A stretch of 64,000 nt of DNA, taken from Williopsis jadinii. Taxonomy: Eukaryota. The DNA lies in the NCBI GenBank assembly GCA_024346625.1, contig AP024667.1, positions 1,426,001 to 1,490,000 of the forward strand, given 5' to 3'. The stretch's first letter is position 1; each line of letters starts with the position of its first letter. The position numbers and the translations under genes are program-made. The notes below the pieces were generated by a model. It had not been told where the DNA came from, searched no databases, and saw nothing but the letters and a program-made list of their open reading frames with translations. Of the stretch, positions 46,458-57,216 are shown in pieces.

Positions 46458-47516
46458 ATGCCGTTGAAGCTCCCGGTACCTGTTCCCTCGCTGAAGAACT
46501 ATCACCATGTTTCACTTTTGAAGAGCCCGCAGTTGGCAGGTGAGTATCTCCCAATTGCATAAAGCGAAGGGTATCATCTTCCGATGACTAACATGAACAG
46601 GAACCTAGACAGGATTATGGCTAAACTGAGGTACGATAAGATCTATAACGACCAGCTACAGATACTGGACGTATACTCATCGAATTTGGTCTTCTCACTC
46701 ACGCTGAACAACTATCTGTCTCCCAAGCAGCACATTCTCATGGAGGACAGACCTGAATATGTCAAGTACATCAGGTCGTACTTTGAAAAGCTTCCGGATC
46801 CGGCGTCCACCACATTTGAACACGTCCAGAGCGACCCATACAACTGGCAGTCCTATCTAGACTTGACCCAATTGCAGCCAGGGTTCGAAAAAAGAGACCA
46901 TATCCACTCAAAGTTCCTCTTTACCGGGTTATGTCATCTTGAAGGTTTGGTGATGCAATGGATGGCATGCATGGGCAATCAAAATTGGATCCAGAAGTTT
47001 GGTAACGTACGGATGCTCTTGTGGATACCACAGCCCACGGCTCTGAAGATCATGGCTCCTGCAAACACTCGTGAAAGGAACAAGTGTTCCATCGTAAGAG
47101 AAGCATTCAGTGACTCAAGAGTGATTGCCATGCCACGAAACAAGCTGTGCAACTCGTTCCAGGACGATGTCATGGATGAGTGTATCATCTTCGAGGAGGA
47201 TGACTTTTCAAATCCGGTTCACCCAATGGCTCTTGTGGAGTTCCAGCCGAAGGACAACGACATTGAGGATATGTTCACATGGGACTTCATCACCAAGAAC
47301 ATGATGATCCTCAAGACCAAACCTGTGAGTGAAAGTGTAAAGAACCTGGGCCCAGGAGCAGAGGAATGGTTCAAAAGCTCTCTACCAGCGGACTTACTCA
47401 AACGTAAGGTGAATAGCCTCGAAGCCCACGATTTCAAAGTGATTTTGGATAAGTTCGAAGAATGGCCGTTCAAGCCAGAAACCACTATCGAGTTCATATC
47501 AGATGATAGATCATAG
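46458..47516 (+). CDS. MTF1: Mitochondrial transcription specificity factor Mtf1; exons 46458-46539 and 46609-47516
   Basis: DPYNWQSY, EGLVMQW...NWIQKFGNVRMLLW and WPFKP motifs; GTGAGT/GACTAAC/TAG intron restores the frame. Confidence 0.88.
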
Positions 47517-49107
47517 AGACGTTCGACGCTGGAAGGCATCTGAACAGTTGACTTGTATATAATGAGATAAATGAAACCACTGTGTATACCGTTAGATTAA
47601 AACTGTGGTCGCTCTATACGTACGTTGTTATAATATAATTATAATAATTATATAATCGGTATATATTCAGATACCACGACTTTGATATTGGAGATTTGCC
47701 AATACTGCTTGTGTCTTGAAGCTCGTAGGATCAAAAGAGGACTAAATCGTATAATCCTGCTAATCCAGGTCATCTGCTCAGGTCACATAATCCATAAAGG
47801 ACATACTGAATAACCATAGAAGCATTTCCTTTCCTATGTAATGTGCAGCCTATAATCACTTACAAAGCACATTACAAATGAACGAGAAACGTCTCACAAG
47901 GGATCCCACTTGTACCGTAGAACTTGCCAGAGATATGATCTCCAATGTAATACACATCATTGCTACATATAAAGAATGGCAACATCACCATATTTGAAGT
48001 CTCTTACGAGCCAATGGCTGTACATTCATACCAATTAGTACCTCTTTGACAGCTGCATATACAAGAGAAGAACTTTAGTTTATACAGATAGTGCTTTCAG
48101 CTGCGACTCAATGGCTTAGTGATTGCGAAGTATTTACAGGTCTTGGATAGTTCAATGGTCAGGTGGATGAGCCACATCAAGCATAAACCAGATTATCTAA
48201 AAGAAAGTCCCTTAAACCAATTTACAACCAAGATTAATAAACGCATTGATACGAAGATGATAGGTTAGATGATGCCACACAGGATGATGTTGAAGCAAAA
48301 AAAAGAGGATTGAGTTGAACCGAAGAGCAATTGGCCAGTATCTGGACACAATGTTTCATTGGTACCATTTGGCATTGAGTATACAGATTTGATCCAGATA
48401 AAGTGCAACTGTTTAAAGGTGAAAAGACTCAACAGTCCGGAGATCGTTACTGCGTGCAATGCGGAGAGCTCATACCTTCAATTCAACCCACCAGAGAAAA
48501 GCAGAATCAAGAGGATAAAGCCACGATTGTACACTGCCATTCAATAGAATCAGCACCAAAACTACATGGTGAATTATAGGAACTGAAGAGGCCACCAAGA
48601 GGCGGACTACAGAAGCATATGCGAGGTTATAATTGACGTTTCTTACTGGAGAAAGAAAAGTATAGAAAGCAGATATATATACCTAGCCCTTCATCGAACT
48701 GTTAGTAAACTTCAACGTGTGTGTACATTGAACAGTGCGTGTTCTCTTCTTTTCATGGTCAGATTATTAAAAGGGTTGTATTCATTGAACCCGGTACTGA
48801 AACAAGGCCCTAACATTAGAGATGCCAGAAAAAACATACAAATTAAGGTAGTCATCACTCAAAAGAATAAGAAGCATCACACAAGCACAATTCAATGGTA
48901 TACTGATACTTACTCACTGCAATTGCAACTGTTGTTGAGTTGCAAATGGATAAATCAAGATAATCTCAAAAGACAGAAAGTGAAAAATTTTTTTTGCTTC
49001 TTTGTCCACCAGTGATGCAATGAAAAATTGACACTGCACCAAAATGACAGAATTCGAGTAAAGCTTTAGGGCTATCTCAACAAATCAATTGACAGCTTCA
49101 ATTACTT

Positions 49108-50517
49108 CTAATCATTCACATTAGTAGCTTGTTTTTCCACAACAGTGTCTTCTTCAACGGTGGCTTCAGCCTTTACTTCTTCTTTCCCCTTGAGTCTATG
49201 GATATCCTTGGATAGCTCAGCAACCTGTTTTTGTAGCTCATCAATCTCTTGATTGAATGCAGACTGTTTGGCGAATAATGCCCGCTTCCAATCTTTGAAC
49301 TTCTTCTCCTCGTGTGTAATGATCTCAGTATACCTCTTCTTCATTATGAGCTGCTTTTGAACAAATATTGGACTCCATTGCACAACCAACTCGTCAACTT
49401 GTTTCTTACCAAATTTACAGAGGATTTTGCAAATGTCTAATGAATTCAGATCTGGATTAACGAAATCAATGTTTGCCAACGAGTTATCTGATGCAAACAT
49501 CTCCTTGGCTTGTTTAACCCTCGTCCTGATCAACTTGGAACGGCAACTCTCGTAGTACAGTTCGGTGCTCAATATCAAGTCAACCATGTTGGAGGCCATT
49601 AGCAAATCCCTCAACTTGATGAAATCACAATGTTCAGGGTTTTCAACTTCGGCAATTCCCCAACGATACTTTCTACCCAACACAGATGACTCTGCCTCTG
49701 TGGAGTAAACATAAGACTCGGATCCAATGAGTGTGAATGGAACCTGCGATGTAACGCTTTGCTTCAAGGACTCATCATCGATAAAGTCACAAATCTTTAT
49801 CCCCTGCGTTGTAATAATCTGTTGGACCAATCTCTTCATCTCAGCAATTTCAGAGGTTGTTAGGGTGTCTGCTTTGGGAATCACAGGAATCAAATTAACT
49901 CTACTAGAGATATGCTTCATCGCCTCGATATCCCCCGGAGAGATGCCTCTTGAGCTTGTGTTGATGAAGAAAAGACACAGATGCACTCTGTTATCAACCT
50001 TTTCGTCCCGATACGGTTGCTCCTCCTGAAACATGTAAAGCCTCAACTGTTCATCGATGTAATCTGTCACGGCAAGATAGGCAAACTGGTTATCGATGTA
50101 ATCTCCAAACCCGGGCGTGTCAACGACTGTGAAATCCAAGTTGAAGCCATCCTCTCTTAGACGGGCCTTGTGAGAAACGACTCGTGTTGTCTTTGCAAAG
50201 GACACATTGGGCTGCTTGTACTCAACCTCTTGCCAAACGTTTGAAAGCACAGAAGTCCCAAACAACGTATTGATAAAAGTGGTCTTCCCCAACCCACTTT
50301 GTCCAACACACAAGAGGTTGAAGATAGCACCACTTCTCAGCTTCAACTCCTCCACCTGCTTGGGAAGAATGTCAATACCGGGATTGAACAGAGCGTTCTT
50401 GAACGTCTGTGTGGGATGTGAACAACCATTTTCACACACTTCACCGAGTCTCGACAACATTTGCACAGAGTCAGTGACTAGATCAGAATAACCTTGTCCC
50501 AATGCCATTTGCACCAT
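49108..50517 (-). CDS. SPR3: Sporulation-specific septin (Spr3-like)
   Basis: Septin GTPase (GQSGLGKT, DTPGFGD, PKAD) of Cdc12-like type plus upstream MSE; first ATG at 50517. Confidence 0.75.
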   Translation of the reverse strand: MVQMALGQGYSDLVTDSVQMLSRLGEVCENGCSHPTQTFKNALFNPGIDILPKQVEELKLRSGAIFNLLCVGQSGLGKTTFINTLFGTSVLSNVWQEVEYKQPNVSFAKTTRVVSHKARLREDGFNLDFTVVDTPGFGDYIDNQFAYLAVTDYIDEQLRLYMFQEEQPYRDEKVDNRVHLCLFFINTSSRGISPGDIEAMKHISSRVNLIPVIPKADTLTTSEIAEMKRLVQQIITTQGIKICDFIDDESLKQSVTSQVPFTLIGSESYVYSTEAESSVLGRKYRWGIAEVENPEHCDFIKLRDLLMASNMVDLILSTELYYESCRSKLIRTRVKQAKEMFASDNSLANIDFVNPDLNSLDICKILCKFGKKQVDELVVQWSPIFVQKQLIMKKRYTEIITHEEKKFKDWKRALFAKQSAFNQEIDELQKQVAELSKDIHRLKGKEEVKAEATVEEDTVVEKQATNVND

Positions 50518-50613
50518 CCTTTCTCTCTCTGTGTGTGTGTAGTGAGGTACTGAGAAACAGTTGAAGATAGCTTTTGTGTTAAAAGTGGCACGGAGACCCT
50601 TGTACAAGCCCCC

Positions 50614-50623
50614 TTTTTGTGTC
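50614..50623 (-). promoter_or_regulatory. Middle sporulation element (Ndt80/Sum1 site)
   Basis: GACACAAAAA about 100 bp upstream of the septin ATG; partial second site at 50571-50580. Confidence 0.7.
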
Positions 50624-50835
50624 TAAAGCACATCGATACATAGTAAACAGTCACAGAGGGCCACGGCTCCAAAGGGGAGAACGTCTACAGAGGGACTCGA
50701 TGTAGACGACAAGCGGTAGATTTGGTGTAGTTTCTATAATAACGCGTGCCATAAACCAGTGTCCCCCGTTCACTATGTACAGATTGTTAATCACGGTTTC
50801 AAGAGTGCCTTTAGCGTACTCCAAGCGTGCTTGCC

Positions 50836-51455
50836 TCATATGAGAGATATGACTTCATGAACAAAGTCCTGGAACGGTATTGTTGCGATTCCGTTGCCTT
50901 GTGTGTCGAACTTCTTGAACACGTTCGTGCAGCGCAATAGCCACACAAGACTTTCAACAAACATGTCGAATCTCAAGTACATTGGCTTGTTCGCATTGAA
51001 CTCACCAAACTTTTGGAAAATGAACAGTACGATATCGGTCGGGAGCCTGTATCCAAAGCTCTCGAGGGCATTCTGGTACTCACCAAACGAGATTTTTTGG
51101 TTCTGATCAACGTCGTATCTCTGGAACGTCTTCCTCCAATGGATGAGGTAGTTCCACAGGTGGTAGAACTCTCTGAACTGGATTGTGCCCGAACAGTCGG
51201 CATCGAACAGCCGAATCATCAGCCTTATTGTGCTCTGTTGGAACTGCGTTCCATCGTTGTTCAACAGAGCAGCGCCGAGCTCTTGTTCTGTCAAGGCCCC
51301 ATCACGGTCACGGTCCATACGGTCAAAGATGTCTCTGAGCTGTCGTTCTAGGATCTGGGACGCGCTCTGCTGTGGCAGTGGCTGTGGTTGGTGCGGAAGC
51401 TGCTGTTGCTGATGGCGCTGCTGTTGTTGTTGCTGTTGTTGTTGCTGTTGTTGTT

Positions 51456-51486
<31 letters not shown>

Positions 51487-52010
51487 TTGTTGCTGCTGTT
51501 GTTGTTGCTGCACTTGAAAAGATGATGCACTGGACGACAGTCCGGGACTTCCATATCCACCTTGGTTGTAGTAGTTCGGCCCACCGTACATGTCTGAGTA
51601 CGAGGTGTTACGACTCGACCTCCCTTGAGACGAAGCCGGTGAAGACGCTGGTGGAACTTGCTGAGGAGCCATTTGGACATATTGATCCCTCAAGCTGTTG
51701 CTGGAAGGTCTCGCATTTGGATACTGACGAACAGGGCGGATACCTGACTGTTGTCTCGGATGTGAAGCGGTAGACTGGTTTGGGTGTAAAGGCGGGAGAT
51801 CTGCTCTCTGCTGTGAGTATTGTTGCTGCTGAGGTGCCTTTCGTACGTTGTTATTACCGTTGTTTTGCTGGCCTTGGACGTTGCTTCTGCCAAAGGCTTC
51901 CGCCGGGGTTGGGAAGTTCTTTCAGCGTGGTTAGTAACGAGATTCCCTCTGGTATTGCCCTCACAAACGCCACGGCTCCCGGTACTCACCATCAAATCGT
52001 CTCCGGCCAT
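50836..52010 (-). CDS. PEF1: Penta-EF-hand protein with polyQ; exons 52010-51990 and 51918-50836
   Basis: EF hands DRDRDG, DADCSG, DVDQNQ and DTQGNG; GTGAGT/TACTAAC/AAG intron joins MAGDDLM to an open frame. Confidence 0.88.
51417..51510 (-). repeat. CAA/CAG trinucleotide tract encoding ~30 Gln in PEF1
   Basis: (TTG/CTG)n on the + strand. Confidence 0.9.
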
Positions 52011-52562
52011 GGTTAGCAGTGGTGATTGGTCAACCTGTCGATGCTTTCAAAGGCCAATTGGACCCATTTCCCAAGAGATGTGACTAGAGAAAGAGGCCGA
52101 AGCACAGCACGCAGAGGCAGCTGGTCGACTTCCCAGTTTGCAGCGTTGAGGTCGCGAACGGATCTTGTTGTTCGGGGCAACACGGGTTGTCGCCCTTGCC
52201 GATAACGTCATCACGAACCAATAACACATCTCTCTCCCTTTAGCGTGTGTGGTGTGTCTACAGCTGCTACGACAATGTGAAGTTCCATGCCATGCTCTTA
52301 TTACACTAACATTAGACCAAAAAAATACTATATCCTAAACAAAACTAATGCTACAATAGACAATAGCGGCCCAGTCTCTCTGTAGAGCCGCAACTGAACA
52401 TATAAAACCATACCCAAAGATAGAAGCACGGAAAGAGGGAGACAGGAGTGAGACAGAAGCCAACATTAATATACAACAGGCTCACCATCACGACACGGTT
52501 TCTTTCTCCACTGCTTCAACTCATTAATAAATTCTCATTACACGCCGAAGACAATAAACATC

Positions 52563-53273
52563 TTAAGCCTTCAAAGAAGAGGCTCTTCTCTTTCTAACCT
52601 CGGCCCTCTCAGCTTTACGTTCGTGCAAACGTTGAGCCAACAAGTGGGCGTACTCAGCAGCAGCGTCTCTTTGGGCTTGGGCGTTTCTGACCTTCAAAGC
52701 CTTCAAGTGTCTCTTTCTTTGCAGAGTTTGTGGAGTAACCAATCTTTGGATCTTTGGAGCCTTGGTGTACTTCTTCTCACCCTTGACAACCTCTCTTCTG
52801 ATGACGTATTGTCTAACATCATCCTCCTTGGTCAAACCGAAGAACTTTCTGATGTTGTTAGCTCTCTTTGGACCCAATCTCTTTGGAACTTGGGTGTCAG
52901 TCAAACCCTCAAGCTCAGCATCACCTTGCTTGACAATGACAAGGGACAAGACAGCGAGATCTTGACCGACAATGGCACCTCTGACGGACTTTCTCTTTCT
53001 CTCACCGTTTCTTCTTGGTCTGTAACAGGAGTGGCCCTTAGCGAGCAACAACTTGACACGGTTTGGCAACAAGACACCTTGCTTCATTGGGAAACCTTGC
53101 TTGTCGTTACCACCGCTGATCTTGAAGACGTAACCTTTGAACTCATCTCCAACAGAGTCACCTTCAACTTCTTGTCCAATTCTCTTCTCGTAAAAGACAC
53201 GCAAACGGTGGTCATCATCAATGTCGTAGGTCTTTTGGGACCCGTTGGCTGGGTATGCAATGTTCAATTTCAT
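52563..53273 (-). CDS. RPS6: 40S ribosomal protein eS6
   Basis: MKLNIAYP...RRASSLKA; no intron in the CDS. Confidence 0.98.
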   Translation of the reverse strand: MKLNIAYPANGSQKTYDIDDDHRLRVFYEKRIGQEVEGDSVGDEFKGYVFKISGGNDKQGFPMKQGVLLPNRVKLLLAKGHSCYRPRRNGERKRKSVRGAIVGQDLAVLSLVIVKQGDAELEGLTDTQVPKRLGPKRANNIRKFFGLTKEDDVRQYVIRREVVKGEKKYTKAPKIQRLVTPQTLQRKRHLKALKVRNAQAQRDAAAEYAHLLAQRLHERKAERAEVRKRRASSLKA

Positions 53274-53680
53274 ATTGGTCTGAACTTCTCCTATAGAATG
53301 TCGATCACTTCTCTTCCTGGTGCCTCGTTGCGCTGTATATGATTATTCACTTTTTCGCTTTTTTCACTCTGCAGCCCGCGGGATGAGTGGCTCTCTCCAA
53401 GATCTTGAAAGTTCTGGTTAGGGATGTCTGGATGTGAGCTCAAACGTGTTCGTAGCCCTCATTTTCAAGATCACGTGAGTTAGATTAGGGTTTCATCTCT
53501 GTTCTCAAGCAAAGCATCTGCTACAACCATAAAGTAACCCAGCATTGAATCGAGCTGAATACACAATACACTTGTACATGTTTGATCTGGGTATGTTACC
53601 TACTAATCATTTCAAACCAACAAAACGTTAAATTAGTTTTAATTTTATTTTCAATTTACAAACACATAACCCGATTTGAC

Positions 53681-54488
53681 TTAGTTTCTTCTGAAACCAC
53701 CTCTTCTTGGTCTCTCTGGAGCAGACTCTTGCAATCTGGTCTTTGGAGCAATGGTCTCTGGGAGGTGGAAGTACTCACGCAAGTACTCAACACCCTCATC
53801 GGTAAGGGTGTAGTAGTAGTATTGCCAGGAGAACTGAGTCTTAACGTAACCCTTAGAGGTCAAGGATTGCAAAGCCTTGATGACATACAAGTTTCTGGTG
53901 TCAATCTCCTCGTGCTTTGGTTGGTTGAAGTCCTTCTTGGCGACAGCAACACCCTCTATTTAAACATGTTAGTAAATGATCTCGTTAAAACAACAGCGGA
54001 ATGGAAAATGTGAATTGCCAATGCATCGTGCCCAGCACAGGATATGTGGGATCATGGGTCAAGCTAAGATCAGGGAGTGTATTGAATTCATGTCAAGTAA
54101 TTTGCACACTTGGATACTTCTCGTTTGGTAATCACCACGTTCGCTATATCAAGTCGTTGCCTCATCGATTACTAGTTCATGCGTCTTATGAGTGTGGTCA
54201 GACCTATAATAGCGTCGGCCTCGAGTCCTATTGGATTCATCCTCCTCGCTTAGATACCTTCCTCATAGGAAATGGCTCATCAGATCCCCTTGTGTACCGC
54301 ACTTCTTCGCACGTCCTTCCAATTGATATGCTCTCTTCGATCCCCTCGGTTCCCAATAAGCACCACTCAAGTTCGCCTAGCAACGTGCCCATTTCACATT
54401 TCCACTACTCTCTGTATAACTACTCTCTGAACGTACCTTGGAACAAGTACTTGAAGATCTTGTCTCTCTCCTCTTTTGGAATCAGCAT
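53681..54488 (-). CDS. RPS10: 40S ribosomal protein eS10; exons 54488-54437 and 53955-53681
   Basis: Spliced [32 protein letters not shown]...[11 protein letters not shown]; 481-nt GTACGT/TACTAAC/TAG intron. Confidence 0.96.
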
Positions 54489-54953
54489 TCTGTTATGACT
54501 TGGTTATGAGATGTACAAACTCTGTGTATGGAAGTGTTGTTACAAACTTGTTGAAGTTGAGTTTTTCACAGAGTCTCTCCCAAGCTGCGAAATTGTTGTG
54601 TTGCGCTTATCGAAAAATAGCCCATTCGCGGGCATTTTTCAACGACACCGCACAAATTCGCGGCGCCAGCCGGTAGAAAACATTGAAAACTCGTTAGTGC
54701 CACGACTTACTCCCACCTGTGGATAAATAACAGTCCTCCTCAGTCAATAAGCCCTAAATCATTGCACGTGATGTCTGCATACCCCCAAACCATAAGCCCT
54801 ACTTACCCTGTACAAGCCATGCGCAAGCGATATATATAAAAACACACTGGGGCTTTTTTATACTTATCAGTAACGACAAGGGGTGTGTTTGTTTAGATCT
54901 TACTGTTTGTATGCTCTCCAATTGGGTTGTCTGACAAACTTTAGAGGCAAAGC

Positions 54954-55957
54954 ATGAGCATTCGGCTTCCTGATGACGAGGAGAATCTAGAAAGCCATAA
55001 CGACAATGATACGCAGTCGGTACTCTCGTATAACACCCGGTTAAAGAGAACTCTATCGTATCGGATAATCAAGTACCTATCGCAGTTCAAGTTTTGCTAT
55101 GTTCCGGTGCTTAACTGGTCGATACTGTTCTTCTACCTATCAATGCTTTATAAGTTGATCCAGAAGTATGAGTCGATGTACTCGCAGAGTGTTCTGATCA
55201 CGACGATAACGACAAACGTGCTGTTGTTCGGGCTTTCCGATACGCTGGCACAGAGTATATCGTGTGTGGTGGAGATGATCTCGAGAGACAACCAACGCCG
55301 TAACGTATCATTCAGTACACTGCCTATGGATAACTACCATCATCACCATAACCATGGTCAAGGAGCCGATCAAATCCCAGACGATTCTTTCTATGCGGAC
55401 TACGGTGACACCACGACTCGTCGCAATAGACAGAACAGCTTGCAATCGATAACTTCGATGACCTATCAGTCGTTATCAGAACAGACGGATAAAGACGTCT
55501 TCAACTTTAGAAGATTTGTTGGGTTTTCATGCTGGGGGTTTTTCATGGCATTTGTCCAAGTTGTATGGTACTGGGTTCTAAACCATATGTTTACCACAGA
55601 CCCGACGTTTGTCTCCGTGCTCGAAAGAGTGCTATCAGACCAGCTGTTCTTCTCGCCAATATCGCTGTTTTCCTTCTTCTCCTATTCCAATTTTGTGCTT
55701 GAAGGAGGTGACAAGGTTACTCTCAACGACAAGATTCAAAAGATCTACCTCTCCACCTTGGCAGCCAATTGGATGGTTTGGCCATTGGTTCAGTTCATCA
55801 ACTTCTTGGTGATGCCTAGAAGGTTCCAAGTGCCGTTTTCATCTTCTGGTGAGTTATATGCCTTTTCTTCTAACCTGGTGCCAATGTACTAACAGAGACG
55901 TATCTAGTTGGTGTCGTATGGAACTGTTTCCTGTCGATGAAAAACGCAGCCAATTGA
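54954..55957 (+). CDS. Mpv17/PMP22-family membrane protein (YOR292C-like); exons 54954-55848 and 55908-55957
   Basis: DQLFFSP and NWMVWPLVQFINF motifs; the 3' intron restores FSSSVGVVWNCFLSM. Confidence 0.88.
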
Positions 55958-56233
55958 GCATGCCTTTAAATAGCCTTAGTGTGCTGTATAATACTCGTCA
56001 ACTCTTCAATTGATAGCATGGATGTATCCTATCACAGGCCTTTAATACTATAAACCAGCACCCCATCACTGCCATAGCGCAGCTTCGTGAAGACAGCTAT
56101 GGTTACGAGCGCGCACACAACATAGAAATGCAAACGCTTTGGTGGGAAAAACCTTCAACAACTTTTGCATCGTTCGAGGAGCTTTGCAAGTAGCGACAAC
56201 AACAGAACAATTAGTTGATACAAAGACAGCAAG

Positions 56234-56788
56234 ATGAGTTCGAACACACTTGTTACTAAGCCAGAGCAGAGACCAGACTCCATAGATGACATTCTTTCCA
56301 CCCTGAAGAGATATGATGCTTCTGTTATCAAGGATCTGGAAGATTATCTCCAGGACCAGTATGAGAAGGGATATTCCGACGTCAATGCCAACCTGGCGCT
56401 GCTGAAGCTGTACGAGCTGAGCGAAGAAACATCCACATTGAGAGAGGAGGCCACCATCAAGATCCTAATCAAGGGGCTGACCAAGTTTGCCGACGAGGAC
56501 TTCACGCTGTACTTGCACTTGCTGCCGGGATACACGCTGTCCACACAGTCCGAATACGCCTCCAAGATCCAGAGCATCGTGTCTCTGTACGAGCTGCTCA
56601 TCTCCAGTAAATACACTGACTTCGTCGCTAAGAACCAGGAGCTCGGCAACGTTGTGAACGGCAAGAACCTCGAGATCATCGAGCAGACACACAACAAGAC
56701 CGACACAGCAAAGTTCATTGTCAACGAGGCTCCTTCAGAGACCGTCTCTGCAGGAAGACTCTACAAAGTCGTTGGTCAGTTGATCTGA
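56234..56788 (+). CDS. eIF3 subunit K-like protein (shortened)
   Basis: RPDSIDDILSTLKRYD...LEDYLQDQ...DVNANLALLKLY...DFTLYLHLL matches the eIF3k N-terminal pattern. Confidence 0.75.
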   Translation: MSSNTLVTKPEQRPDSIDDILSTLKRYDASVIKDLEDYLQDQYEKGYSDVNANLALLKLYELSEETSTLREEATIKILIKGLTKFADEDFTLYLHLLPGYTLSTQSEYASKIQSIVSLYELLISSKYTDFVAKNQELGNVVNGKNLEIIEQTHNKTDTAKFIVNEAPSETVSAGRLYKVVGQLI

Positions 56789-57028
56789 TTCACTCCGAAG
56801 GTGTGAGTCCAACAGCTGGGCTGAAACCACTGAGCTCAACTGTTGTGACCTCAACATGCCGATTGCAACCTCCTCCACCTCCACCATGCCAATGTATACT
56901 ATAAATGGTACGCCGAGAATGATAAAAACTCAAGCTTTCGCACACACCACACGTAGTACGACGAACCGAGTAGCCCAATCAGCCAACTAAAACCGCTTAA
57001 ATCATCACTTTCCATACAAATATTGGAG

Positions 57029-57093
57029 CTCATCGGCTGTTTCCTAATCGGGACACGGTAGGGGCAGCATCCGGCTATACAAGAAATTTTTTC
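57029..57093 (+). promoter_or_regulatory. PAC-like and RRPE-like elements upstream of RRP5
   Basis: CTCATCG at 57029 and AAATTTTTTC at 57084. Confidence 0.55.
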
Positions 57094-57216
57094 TTCACAC
57101 TTTCACACTTTCTCATTTTATCACTTTGAACCTCTCCCATTTATCCCAATTGTCATTGCCATTCCGCAGTATAAACGCATCTCATTACAGGCCAGGTGTT
57201 GAACAGTTGAGGTGAA

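Noticed and set aside
50518..50607. Track N-terminal extensions from non-ATG starts (SPR3, TRR1, PPG1, 13898, 44193, 19929)
   Set aside because: Bacterial-style start calls; first ATGs or spliced exons give better models.
56811..56846. Hairpin downstream of eIF3k
   Set aside because: Single imperfect stem with no second hairpin or H/ACA architecture evident.
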